Part shown: positions 11,466-24,530 of the stretch, piece by piece
Numbering within the stretch: position 1 is the first letter of the stretch
Layout: the number at the start of each line of letters is the position of its first letter
Position numbers and translations under genes: made by a program
Notes under the pieces: generated by a model
Database searches by the model: none
What the model was told of the DNA's origin: nothing
Seen by the model: only the letters and a program-made list of their open reading frames with translations
Source of the DNA: Leucoraja ocellata
Lineage: Eukaryota
Length of the DNA stretch: 64,000 nucleotides
Reading direction: 5' to 3'
NCBI GenBank assembly: GCA_036785375.1
Contig: JAWMAR010002754.1
Coordinates: 1-64,000 of the forward strand

Positions 11466-12728
11466 ATGCACGGTATTCCGATCGCGGTAAAAATAGGACT
11501 TGTGTATTATCCGATTCTGTCAGCAATCGGTATACCTGGTAGGTAATTGTCGGCACATCTCATGTTTGAAAAGCGCAGAATATTAAAGGTTAAGAGGACA
11601 TAGCGAGTAGCCCAGCAGGCACGGGTTAGAGCGGCACGCTGGTACAGCGCTAGAGTAACTGTCTTACAGCGCGTGTCTGTACGGAGATTGTACTGCTCCC
11701 CGTATCCTTTTGGGTTTTCCCCGAAATCTTCGGTTTGCTCCGTCTGCTCCCATCCCACCAACCTGTACACCACACAATTAATCCGTTTCTGTTTTCATTC
11801 TTTCCCAGTGAATCTGATAGCGATTGTGATCCTGTCCCGTGGCAAGTGCGGCCTCTCCAAGTGCATCACTCGTTACATGGTAGCCATGGCGACCGCGGAC
11901 CTCTCAGTGATTCTCTGTGAGGTGATATTTCACCGGATTGCTGATATGTATTGGTGGCATGCTTCCTTGCCCTACACTCCTGTGTGTAAAATGACAATCT
12001 ACCTGGCATCAGTCTCTGTGAATTGTTCTGTGTGGTTCACAGTCGCTTTCACATTTGATCGCTTTGTTGCGATTTCTACTCAGAGATTGAAAACCAAATA
12101 TTGTACCGAGCGAACCGCGACGATTGTTATCCTGACCGTGAGCCCGCTCATCTGCCTTAAAAATCTACCCTTGCCCTTTGCATACATTACTTTTTACGGT
12201 GCGGGTAGAGAAGTGGGCTGCCTGAAACTCGTATATTTCTACTTTGATCCCGAATGGATAGTGTTCTCTTGGGCCGAACAGTTGTTCACCCCGGTGATTC
12301 CATTCTGCCTGATCTTGTTGTTTAACGCGCTCACCGTCAGACGTATTTTCGTGGCCAGTCGGGTCCGCAGGAACCTCCGGGACCTCAGCGGTGGAGTGAA
12401 AAAGAAAGACCAGGAGATGGTGAACCGCAGACGGTCGGTCGTTTTACTTCTGGCAATCTCGAGCTGCTTCATCCTGCTCTGGGCCACAAGTGTTGCACAC
12501 TTTATTGCGGTTCGATGTTTGAATGTGTTTATGCACAAGGCCTGGGGAAACCCCTTGGGTGGATTGGAAAGGGTTGGATTGATGCTTCAGCTGCTGAGCT
12601 CCTGCACCAACACGGCCATTTACACAGTGACCCAGAGCAAATTCAGAGAGGAGCTGTTTCGTGTTCTAACATATCCGATCATTTGCACCGGAAAGATATT
12701 TAAATCGGTAAAGTGTGAGTTAAAATAA
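11466..12728 (+). CDS. GPR139-like class A GPCR, copy 1 (exon 1 11466-11538, exon 2 11809-12728)
   Basis: Exon 1 MHGIPIAVKIGLVYYPILSAIGIP with G|GTAGGT donor; acceptor cccag|TG. 7TM with MATADL, FTFDRFVAI and SCTNTAIY motifs typical of the GPR139/GPR142 family. Confidence 0.9.
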
Positions 12729-13719
12729 TATAACACAAACGAGTGACCAGCTGGTCTTCATGCGTTACTTTGCTGTATGGTTTATATGTGGAACTGTGGA
12801 ACTGTGGAACTGTGCTGCTGTCTGTCTTGGCCAGGACTCTCTAGTAAAAGAGATTTTTAATCTCAATGAGACTTCTCCTGGTTAAATAAAGGTTAAATAA
12901 AAAATAAAAATAAAATATGGAAATACAGCATTTTATGTCCATTCGCCCTGTCGGACGCGCCCAACGGCTTCGGGGGTTCATGGGCTCAATTGAATCTCAA
13001 CTCGTGTACGTATTCCCATGTGCCCCGTTCAATCATCCAACTTCTGTGTTTTCACGAATATGTATACATAAGCCTGGAAGATATTGTTTTCCAAACGAGT
13101 GTAGATTGTCAGTTGAATAGGTTCATCGTGTTGTTTGATGAATTCCTTTCATCATTGAAAAAAACGTTAACAATTGCTCATTGACGAGGTTTTCGGTTTC
13201 AAGAGAATCTGCTGTTTTAGCAGCGGATGATGTGGATTGTGTAAAGTTTCATACCGATACCGCGATTAAAATACCTTCTGTATGCGGAAAACTTCTATCG
13301 AATGTAAAGCTATAGGTGAGGAGAGCCAGAAATACAAAATCATGAGTTGAATATATCGGTTAGATGCAGAGAGTCGTTTGCCCACTGAATCGACGACCAG
13401 AGGACAGGTTCAATGAGAAGGGAAACATATTTAATAGGAATCTGTGGGGAAATATTTTCATATAAAGTGTTGTGGGTGTACGGGACAAGCTGCCACTGGA
13501 GCTAGTCGAGGCTGGGACTATCCCGTCGTTTAAGAAACAGTTAGACCGGTACATGGATCGGAGAGATTTGGAGGGATATGGCCAAGCGCAGGCAAGTGAG
13601 GCTAGTGTATCTGGGATATTGTTGGCCGGTGTGGGCGAGTTGAGCCAAACGGTCTGTTTCCGCACTGTATCACTCTATGACCCTGTGATTGTATGATCCT
13701 ATGTACGGTAACAAATCAA

Positions 13720-14770
13720 TTTCCGCATTTGCCTTTACGTTCTTCCGGTGGGCAAACATTTTAACATCTCTTCCCATTCCCATATGAACCTTTCTGTCGT
13801 TGTCCTCCTCAACTGTTCGAGCGAGGCCACGTCAAAAAAATGGAGGAAAAAATGGAGGAACAGCATCTCGTATATCGCTTGACTACCTGAGAGAAAACGG
13901 TGAATTACAGACCAGTTAGTCTAACATCGGTAGTGGGGAAACTGCTTGAAACAGTTACTAAAGATGGGATAGCAGCACATTTGGAAAATGGTGAAATAAT
14001 TGGACAAAGTCAGCACGGATTTATGAAAAGTAAATCATGGCGGACGAATCTTATAGAATTTTTCGAGGATGGAACTAGTAGAGTGGATAAGGGAGAACCA
14101 GTGGATGTGTTAAATCTGGACTTTCAGATGGCTTTCGACAAGGTCCCACACAGGAGATTAGTATACAAACTTAAAGCACACGGTATTGGGGGTTCAGTAT
14201 TGACGTGGATAGAGAACTGGCTGGCAGACAGGAAGCAAAGAGTAGCAGTAAACGAGTCATTTTTAGTATGGCAGGCAGTGACTAGTGGGATATCGCAAGG
14301 CTCAGTGCTTGGGACCCCAACGATTTACAATATATATTAATGATTTGTACGAGGGAATTGAATGCAACATCTCCAAGTATGCGGATGACACGAAACTGCA
14401 AGATGCCTTGGATAGGTTGGGCGAGTGGGCAAATGCATGGCAGATGCAGTATAATGAGGATAAATGTGAGGTTTGGTGGAGCCTGGCGACCGTGGATCTA
14501 TCGGGAGAAGGAATAGGAATAGATAACGTTTCAGGTCCAGACCCTTCTGCAGACTGATGGGGAGGGGGGGGGGGGGGAGGCGGGAAGAAGAAAGGAAGAG
14601 GCGGAAACAGTAGCTATTGGAGAGCGGGGCAGTGGAAAGGATGGAGGAAGAAAGCAACGATTACCTGAAATTGGAGAAGTCAATGTTCATACCGCTGGGG
14701 TGTAAACTACCCAAGCGTAATATGAGATGCCGCTTCTCCAATTTGCGGTGGGACTCCCTATGTTCTGAGC
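13720..14770. mobile_element. Penelope-like GIY-YIG fragments flanking a CR1 RT fragment (13890-14475)
   Basis: PVxKHFN..HSH..LS..LL.C..EA...EEQHL.YRL-like remnants on both strands; CR1 NYRPVSLTSVVGK..DFQ.AFDKV. Confidence 0.65.
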
Positions 14771-15162
14771 CTCCTCCATGGCCAGAATGGGTTACGTAGA
14801 TTAAGGATCAATAATTATGCCAGTTTCCGTTCAGGGAAGGGGGAGATTTTTTTCCCCCAATGCGGAACTGAGCAACTCCCACCTTCTGCATATTGTGCAC
14901 GCCCACCAGCACATAAATAGTGGGCAGTCCATCCACTCCGTCTCCGTCTCAGACTCCGTCTCTGTCTCTCTCACTCTCTCTCACACACACACACTCTTCC
15001 CAGACTAATTGTGTTTCTGTAAATTTCAATATCATTTATCTTTTAAATATTTTGCTTTTTTTCCTTTCTTGGCAACGTGTAAACAATCCATACTACACCG
15101 AGGTTCTCGGTTAGCGCCCCAGATGTTCTGCAGGGCTGTGTGCCTGTATTCCGCCACGCTGA

Positions 15163-15201
15163 GGTTTTGGTACAGCTATCTCACTGCGCTGTGCCACTGT
15201 G
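15163..15201 (-). other. 23-bp-spacer RSS of supporting V-delta, cassette B
   Basis: CACAGTG (15195-15201), 23 nt, ACCAAAACC (15163-15171). Confidence 0.92.
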
Positions 15202-15507
15202 CGATGCGCGGACTCATCCCACAGTAATACACAGCCCCGTCGCTCGGCAGTACTTCAGAGAGCGTTAACTGACTGATTTTCTGTCCTGGATCGAGAGAAC
15301 CAGAAATACGACCTTCGGCAGCCTCTTCCTCATCTTGCTTTCCTGAAGTGTGTCTTTGGAGCAGGAATTCCAGAGCCTGCCCTGGGAACTGTCGGTACCA
15401 GTGTACTGTGTACGAGCAGATTCCGGAATATACGCACTTAAGGGTGGCAGTGTCACCAGAAAGAGAAGATTGTTGAGGCGGACTCTGGGAACCCGCGGAA
15501 ATGGAAT
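15202..15507 (-). CDS. Supporting TCR-delta V exon, cassette B (leaderless)
   Basis: Same motifs as cassette A, open frame, CDR1 Cys, phase-1 acceptor. Confidence 0.88.
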
Positions 15508-18500
15508 CTACGGAAAATAACAGGGGAATAGTTATTGTTTTAACATTGACTGTTGGAGACTGTGACACACACTGAAACTAGGTACCGTCTCCGGTAATTC
15601 GTCACATTTTTGCAAAATATATGGAAACGTTATTTATGGATCCTTTAATTGTTCCTTCGACGGAGATTTAATTTCGTTTAGGTTAGTTTACTTTAGTAGA
15701 GTTTGGTTTAGTTTACATTAGTTCAGTTTAGTTCAGTTTAGTTTAGTTTAGGGACACAGCGCGGAAAAGGGCCCTCTGGCCCACCAAGTCCGCGCCACCC
15801 TGCAATCCCCGAACATTAACAGTATCCTACACACACGATGGAATATTTACATTTATAGAGCGCCAATAACCCTTCAAAACTGTCCGTATTTGGAGTGTGG
15901 GAAGAAACCCTAGATCTCGGAGAAAACCCACACAGATTATGGGGAGAACATACAAACTCCGTACCAACAACACCCGGAGTCTGGATCGGACTCGGGTCTC
16001 TAGTGCTAAACGCGCTGTTAGGCAGCACCTCCACCGTTACCGTTGTGCCACCGTGGAGAACATCACTGACGAATATCCGCGAGGTCAAACTCTGATTATG
16101 AAAGTGAAATTGTAAATATTCCAGGCTGTGGGAACAATCAAAGCGAGCACGGAATAATAGTGGAGCTGATTCAGTGAGTCGGGATCCGGTGAATGAGACA
16201 AATTACCTTTGTCGGTTCTCTAACATTTTGTAATTGGTTCTTGGCGTTAAAACAATAGAACTAGTCATTCTCCCCACAGCTTGACTGAAGTGTATCCCTT
16301 CCTGGATATAGTCAAGGTTCAACAGATATGTTTTGGCATTTAAGGCATAAGGTCATAAGGTCATGTGATAGTAGTGTAATTAGGCCATTCGGCTCATCAG
16401 GCCCACCCAGCCATTCAATAATGGCTGAACTATGTCTCCCTCCGAACCGCAATCTTCTGCCTTCTCCGCAATGTCAAAACCTCTGACGCCTCGACTAATC
16501 AGCAATCTATCTATCGCTGCCTTATTTTTTCCCTGAATTCGCCTCCACAGCGTTCTGTGATTAACAACTGGAAGGTCATCTTTTAAGTGGAATTTACACA
16601 ACCCGGGATAAATGCTTTGCCCTTTATGTATCAAGAGTTGTGTTTTTTTTTTTTGCTTCACTGGGCCACGTCCTTCTACATTTTACTTTCATTTAATTGA
16701 AGAACAGTGATGGTTTTCAATCTTGGTCGCCCGCTTTTTGCTGCTTGCGGTTCATATTTCCGCCTCCAGCCAACCGTTTCAACAGGTCTGCCAGCTGTCG
16801 TTTGATTTCAGTTAGTGGAATGTTTTCAGATGGTTCAGCTTCACTCACAGCCCATCTACTCTCCCGCCATCCTCCCTCTGTTTCCTGGAGTAAGAAATAG
16901 ATTGTTTCCCAGGCTTTCGCTCACAGCGGGCGTGGATCAATCCCATAGATCTTATGGGATAAATTAATCAGCCAGTTGTAATGATAAGGCGGTTAGCATG
17001 ACTTGAATAGTTGGTAAGATTTTTGAAAGTAACAAGCAGGGTACACAAAGGAAAGTCAGAAATGCAGTTTTCTTGGTGCCGGACGCGAAGCGGATAATTA
17101 AAATTGGAGTATTGGTGTTAGAGATGAGGTTTCAGCCTGGACCGAGGATAGGCTTCCGTTGCAGGGCAAAATATTGGAATAAAAGTGATATTTTCCGCTT
17201 GCTGCCTTTGACTAATGGGTCAATGTTGGGCTCACTACTTTCCCCGTTGTATGTTTACGATCTGGATGATGGAATTAATGGCTTTTGCGGCTGATATCGC
17301 GGACGATGCCAAACATAGATGATGGGGCAGGTAGTGTAGAGTAAGCATGGAGTCTGAAAAATTCCTTGAACAGGTTGGAAGGGGGGGGGGGGGGGAATAA
17401 GTGACAGATGGAATACTACACACCACACTATACGGGCATGCACTTTGGCGGAAGGATTAACGGCGCTTTTCTATTTTCTAAATGTGAGAGGATTCAGAAA
17501 TGGAGGTACAAAGGGATTTGTGTATGTAGGTGCGGAAATTCCAAAATGTGGATTTGCAGTGTGAATCGTCGTTCAGGGAGACAAATTAAACGTTAGCATT
17601 AATTTCGAGATGACCAGAATATAAAAACACGGATCTAATGTAAATGGTAGATGTTTTTTTAGGCACTGATTTGATCACATTTGGAATATCGTGAGCAGTG
17701 TTGTGTCCCGTATCTGAGGAAGGATATGGTGGCTTTGGAGATTACCAAACGGAGGTTTATGCGAATTATTCGGGGGGTCATTCGGTCACGCATAAGAAGC
17801 GTTTGCTAACTCCAAGCCTACACACGCTGGACTTGAGAAGGATAAGTTCTGCTCTATCTGATCACTCTGATTGAGATTTGAGCAGCATTGACATCGGCAT
17901 TTCGTCCTCACGCTCCAAACTCGGATACTTTCCCCCTTTTCTCTGAATTGAGCCTTGCTACATATCGCAGTCTTCACCCGCGCACTTTTCGTTTTCACTT
18001 CCAAAGGCGGATTTCAATTTCCACCACCGGCCAATGGCCTAACTCTGCTTCTATGCCTCATGGCTTTTGCCTTTCTTTTGGATGTGGACATAACTGTTAA
18101 GGCCAACAGTCATTGCCCGTTAGAATCAAAAGTAACGATTACTGTTGGTCCAAATCCATAAAAACCTGTCCTGTCCATGTACTTGTCTAACTGATTATTA
18201 AACAGTGGGAAAGTGCCAGCTTCAACTATGTACTCTGGCAACTTGTTCTGTTCACCCACCACCCTCCGTGTGAAAACGTTACCCCTGAAATCCTAATAAA
18301 TCTTCCTCTTCAGCTTAAACCTGCGTCCGCCGGTCCTCGACTCAGCTACTCTGCACAAAGTACTCTGCGTATCTAACCGATCTATTCTTCCAATGATTCC
18401 GCATTCACGATCACCCCATTCCTCTCATAATAATACAAAAACGATTTGAATCAATTAATGGCCACAATACCAGAGCAACAAAAAAAACCCAAATCCTCTG

Positions 18501-18990
18501 TATAACCAGAGACAATAATGAAAAGTTTATGAACACAAAGTGCTGCAGTAACTTGTAGACCAAGAGGGTGAATTGGCGCAGTGTTTTGGAGCAAGCCGGC
18601 GGTTTGGTGGTAGGAATAACTCGGCGGGTCAGGCAGCATTTCAGGAGAACATTGATATCCGAAATTTGGAATCTAGATTCAGAATCCGATGTCAGCGTCC
18701 GCATTTACTTGTGTCTGCATAGAATTTCATAGCTGTGGTTAGCGCGGTGTGGTGTTCCCGATCCTGATGGTTTTGGGAAAGTAGCTATTATTCAACCTGA
18801 TTCACGCTGTGCTCCCGGGGAGCCCGACATATCCTCTCATTGGACTCACGTGTATCGTAACATCTAGCCCAAGTTCCTGGCACTAAAATCTCTTTCAATT
18901 GGAAAGCAATTGATGCCTCGTGATCCAATATTAAAGGGAACTGAATATTTCCAAGAACAACCGTGGATAAGAGAGGTTTAGAATACTTAC

Positions 18991-19094
18991 CGGCTGTGAC
19001 AGTCACCGTAGTCCCCGTCCCATCCTGATAGTAAATGCCCCAATAGTCGCGCTGTCCCAACGGCCACACGTTGTTACACGTCACTTTCAAATCC
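18991..19094 (-). CDS. Germline-fused D-J (18991-19066) with 5' 12-RSS (19067-19094), cassette B
   Basis: WPLGQRDYWGIYYQDGTGTTVTVTA, GTAAGT donor; RSS CACGTTG-12-TTCAAATCC. Confidence 0.85.
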
Positions 19095-19416
19095 CCATGC
19101 GCCCGGCGGGACGGGCGGGCAGGAGATTAACGTTCAGCGAATGCATTTTTCAGATTGCAGTTTCTGTAACTGGATCCCGTCTGGAGTTGTGCATCAGAAG
19201 AGTGGTCAGTCATTCTCGTTGGCAGTTCGTTTACACCATTTTCGGTAAAGGGGACATTAGGCCGCACTCGCCAAATGGAGAAAACCCATTGTTTGAATCG
19301 CACGCATTTCATCCGGTGTAACCCAGAATGCAGGGCAGGCGGGACAAAGCGGGCCCGTGGGTTTACCCGGTGGGTTCACCTCCCGTCTTCACGTTGCTAG
19401 CAGAATATGCAGTGAG

Positions 19417-19454
19417 GGTTTTTGCGCTGCGCGAAGCGCTGGCCCATCACTGTG
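19417..19454 (-). other. 23-type RSS (22-nt spacer) of NAR-type V, cassette B
   Basis: CACAGTG (19448-19454), 22 nt, GCAAAAACC (19417-19425). Confidence 0.93.
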
Positions 19455-19944
19455 CCTCCTCCACTTGTGCTCAGCTCGACAGTAATATGTGTCCATGTCC
19501 TCAACTCTCAAACCAAGAATTTTCAACGTAAATGTCTTTTCCACTTTATTGTTCGACACAACGATCCGTCCACCTGTTGTGATTCGCTGCCGTGTAGCAC
19601 CGGGTTGTGCTTGCTTGACGAAATGTCCTTCATTAAATACGTAGCTGCCAATGGAACCTTCTTGGGAAAGGCAGGTGATGGTGACGGGCTGACACTCTTT
19701 TCCAGTCACCGCATTCGGGACCTGGGTCACTGACTGACTGACGGAATCTGTGGATTAAACACAGGGAGAGGTGAGTGGGAATTCCAGGCGAACCATGGCA
19801 GAAGGATACATCGCGGGCAGTGTTTGAAATTCAGGTCGGAGTGGACGCGAGTAGTTTTATGTTAAACTCGCATTGTGTGGGAGTAGGGGACCGGTACTCA
19901 CGGCGTAAGCAGAGTGACAGCACAAACAACAGGAGGATCCCCAT
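19455..19944 (-). CDS. NAR-TCR V gene, cassette B: leader exon 19902-19944 plus V exon 19455-19747
   Basis: Leader MGILLLFVLSLCLR; VNAR-like open V exon with FR1 Cys. Confidence 0.88.
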
Positions 19945-22900
19945 CGCGCCTTCTCCGGGATAAATGGTTTACTTGACGAGAGGCTGGACCCCAGGTCGCC
20001 GGACAGATCCTGCAGCCTATCCCGGAGAACTGAGCTGGAGCAACAGCTGGTCTGTTCGTTTCGGTGAGTGCGTTGTCCTGGGGAGTTTTGAAAAAAATCC
20101 CAATCGATGTGCGAATAGACGGAGAGTTTGAGACGTGGTCCGTTAAAGCTGCTGATTTGTTTGGTGGCCCGCAATCTGATGTGAAACATCTGACGTGGCT
20201 TTCACGTTTCTCTGACGTTCAGTAGAGCATCTGAACCATTCAGGCAGATGTCAGCCCATAGAAGGCAGAACAGGTGAAATAATTATGGGAACAAGGAAAT
20301 GGCAGAAGAGTTGAATAGGTACTTTGGTTCTATCTTCGCTAGGGAAGACACAACAATCTCCCAGGTGTTCTAGAGGACAGAGGGTCTCTGGAGAAAGAGG
20401 AACTGCAATAAATTTGCATTGGGCAAGAAATAGCATTGGGTAAACTGATGGGACTGTAGCCTGCTAAATACCCAGGGTGTGATGGTTTGCATCACAAGTA
20501 CTCAAGGAATTGGTCTAGAAACCGTGGACGTTTTTTTGATCATTTCCAATGTTCTATAGCTTCAGGATGAGTTCCTGTGGATTGGAGGGGAGCTAATGTT
20601 AACCCACTTTTCAAGAAAGGAGGGAGAAAGAAAACGGGAAATTAGAGACCAGTTAGCCTGATATCGGAACTGGGGAAGATGCCAGAGTCATTTTTTAAAG
20701 TAACAACGGCGCATTTGGATAGCGGTAAAATGATTAGTCCAAGTCAGCATGGAGTTATGGAAGGGAAATCTTGCTTGACTCCGATCTGGAATGTTTGAGA
20801 ATGTGACAAGTAAAATGGAACAAGAAGGTCCCTGTTAGAATGGCAGGCAGTGGCGAGTGGAGTGCCGCTGGGCTCGGTGCAGGTGCCGTAACTATTGACA
20901 ATATATATTAATGATTTAGCTTATGGAATTAAAAGTAACACGAGCAAATTTGCAGATGACACAAAGCTGGGTGACAGTTTGAACTGCGGAAAGGATGTCA
21001 GGTCGTTGCGGGGTGACTTGGATAGGTTGAGTGAGTGGGCAGATACATGACAGATGCTGTATAATGCAGGTAAATGCGAGATTATCCACTTTGACGACAA
21101 GAACATCGAGGTAGATTATTATCTCAATGGTTTCAATTGGGGAAAATGGGAAGTGGAACGTGACCTGGGTGTCCTACAGCAGGTAGTAAAGAAATATAAT
21201 GGCATGTTGGCCTTCATAATGAGCGGATTTGAGTACACGAGTAAGGAGGTCCTTCTGCAGTTGTACACGGCACTGGTGAGACAACATGTTGAATATTGTG
21301 TGCAGTTTATGTCTCCTAATTAGGGGAAGGACTTCCTTGCTATTGAGGGAGTTTACAAGGTTAATCCCAGGTATGGCAGGTCTGTCATTTGCGGAATATG
21401 AGAAAGACTGGGCATGTATTCATTCGAATTCAGCAGGATGAGGGGAATATCTTATAGAAACATATAAAATTATAAAAGTACTGGACAAGATAGATGCAGG
21501 AAAAATGTTCCCAATGCTGGGGGAGCACAGACCAGGGGCCAAAGTCTTAGAAGAAAGGAGAGGTCATTTAAAACTGAGATGAGAATTATCTCTTTCACCA
21601 AGAGAGTTGTCAATTTGTGGAAATCTCTGCCACAGAAGACAATGGAGGCCAATTCACTGGATGAAATTAAAAGACATCTAGAGGTCTTGGGGCTAGCGGA
21701 ATGCAGGGGCATGGGAAGAAGAAAGGCACTGGTATTTGTTTGTGGATGAGCAGCTATGATCGTGGCGGTGCGGACTGGAAGGGCCTTATAGTCTCTCCCT
21801 GCACCTCTATTTCTATGTTTCGATGTTTCTATTTAAAATCAGTACACCGTTCCTGCTTTCTCCCCATATCCCTTGTTTCGTTTAGCCCGAAGAGCTAAAT
21901 CTAACTCTCGTGTGAAATATTCCAGTGAATTGGACTCCACGGCCTTCTGTGGTAGAACATTCCACAGATTTACAACTCTCTGGGATAAACAGATTTTCCT
22001 CATCTCAGTCCTAAGTTGTTCTGGGCCATTGTGAGACCGCATTTGTCAATGATTGTGGCCTACTAATTTGTGGAAGGACATGATTTCTATTGAGGAAGTG
22101 CAACATCGGTTCTCCAGGTTAATTCCCGCGATGGCGGAACTGCCATATGATGAAAGAATGGGTTGAGTGTGCTTGTATTCACTGGCATTTGGAAGGATGA
22201 GAGGGTATGTTAAAGAAACATATACAATTCTTAAAGGGTTGGCAAGGCAATATGCAGGAAACATGTTCTCGATGTTGGTGGAGTCGAGAATAATGGTTCA
22301 ATGTTTAAGAATACGGATAGGCCATTTAGGACTGAGATACACCCAGAGAGTTGTAAATCTGTGGAATTCTCAGGCACAGAATAGAGTGGAGGAATTTTCA
22401 CCGGACGTTGCAAGAGAACGTTATATTTAGCTCTTGGGACTAAAGGAATCAAGGGATATGGGGTACAAACAGGAACGAGGTACTGATTTTAGATGTTCAG
22501 CCATGAAGACATTGAATGGCGGTTCTGGCTCGAAGGACCGAATGGCCTACTCGTGCATCGAATTTTCTGTTTCTATGTTTCTAAATGGCCTACCGCTTAT
22601 TCTTAAACTGGAACCTCTGTTTCTGGACTCTCTCTATATCCGGAACATTTTCCTGCATCTAGCCGGTCCAATATTCTTGCTACTAAGGGAATGCAGCGTA
22701 GGTTCACAAGGTTAATTCCCGGGATGGTGTGGCTGTTACATGCTGAGAGAATGGAGCGGCTGATCTTGTATACTCTGGAATTTAGAAGAATGAGAGGGGA
22801 TCGTATTTAAACATATATGATTATCAAGGGTTACACAAAAAAGCTGGAGAAACTCCGCGGGTGCAGCAGCACTTTGGAGGTAAGGAAATAGGTAACCTTT

Positions 22901-23270
22901 CGGGCCGAAACCCTTCTTCAGATTATTGTTTGGACACGCTAGAATCGCGAACCATGTTCCCGATGCTGGGGAGTGCAGAGCCGGGGGGGGGGGGGGGGGG
23001 GGCACAGTTTAAGAACAAGGTGATTTTGAGTACTACATGCAAAACCGTAGATGTTTGTTCAAAAGTGTGTAAGTAAACAAGGTGATTTTGAGTATTACAT
23101 GCAAAACCGTAGATGTTTGTTCAAAGTGTGTAAGTAATGTCCACAGTGATGTAATCTCGTTGCCTGTTTTTCCCTTCATTTACATTATAAATATGGCAGA
23201 TATCTGTTTGCTTGGCTGACAACCGCTGAGCTGCAGCACAAGGAGTGATCGGCTGGATCCCCGTATTAAA

Positions 23271-24530
23271 ATGCACGATATTCCGATCGAGGTAAAATTT
23301 GGACGTGTGTATTATCCGATTCTGGCAGCAATCGGTATACCTGGTAGGTAATTTTCGGCGCATCTCATGTTTGAAAAGCCCTGAATATTAAAGGTTAAGA
23401 GGACATAGCGAATAGCCCAGCGGGGGTTAGAGCGGCACGCTGGTACAGCGCTAGAGTAACTGTCTTACAGCGCTTGGCTGTACGGAGATTGCACTGCTCC
23501 CCGTATCCTTTTGGGGTTTCCCCGAAATCTTCCGTTTTTTCTCCGTCTGCTCCCACCCACCAACCTGTACACCTCAAAATTAATCCGTTTCTCGTTTCAT
23601 TCTTTCTCAGTGAATCTGATGGCGATTGTGATCCTGTCCCGTGGCAAGTGCGGCCTCTCCAAGTGCATCACTCGTTACATGGTAGCCATGGCGACCGCGG
23701 ACCTCTCCGTGATTCTCTGTGAGGTGATATTTCACCGGATTGCTGATATGTATTGGTGGCATGCCTCCGTGCCCTACACTCCTGTGTGTAAAATGACAAT
23801 CTACCTGGCATCAGTCTCTGTGAATTGTTCTGTGTGGTTCACAGTCGCTTTCACCTTTGATCGCTTTGTTGCGATTTCTACTCAGAGAATGAAAACCAAA
23901 TATTGTACCGAGCGAACCGCGACGATTGTTATCCTGACCGTGAGCCCGCTCATCTGCCTCAAAAATCTACCCTTGCCCTTTGCATACACTTCTTTTAACG
24001 GTGCGGCTGGAGAAGTGGGCTGCCTGAAACTCGTATATTTCTACTTTGATCCCGAATGGATAGTGTTCTCTTGGGCCGAACAGTTGTTCACCCCGGTGAT
24101 TCCATTCTGCCTGATTTTGTTGTTTAACGCGCTCACCGTCAGACGTATTTTCGTGGCCAGTCGGGTCCGCAGGAACCTCCGCGACCTCAGCGGTGGCGAG
24201 AAAAAGAAAGACCAGGAGATGTTGAACCGCAGACGGTCGGTCGTTTTACTTCTGGCAATCTCGAGCTGCTTCATACTGCTCTGGGCCACAAGTGTTGCAC
24301 ATTTTATTGCGGTTCGATGTTTGAATGTGTTTATGCACAAGGCCTGGGGAAACCCCTTGGGTGGATTGGAAAGGGTTGGATTTATGCTTCAGCTGCTGAG
24401 CTCCTGCACCAACACGGCCATTTACACAGTGACCCAGAGCAAGTTCAGAGAGGAGTTGTTTCGTGTTCTAAAATATCCGATCATTTGCACTGGAAAGATA
24501 TTTAAATCGGTAAAGTGTGAGTTAAAATAA
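23271..24530 (+). CDS. GPR139-like GPCR, copy 2 (exon 1 23271-23343, exon 2 23611-24530)
   Basis: Exon 1 MHDIPIEVKFGRVYYPILAAIGIP; intact 7TM exon with DRF motif. Confidence 0.9.

Noticed and set aside
11673-11808. ORF-track N-terminal extensions of the GPCRs (also 23511 and 58930) and V segments (645, 30721)
   Set aside because: These are intronic or SINE read-through; true first exons and splice acceptors were identified separately.
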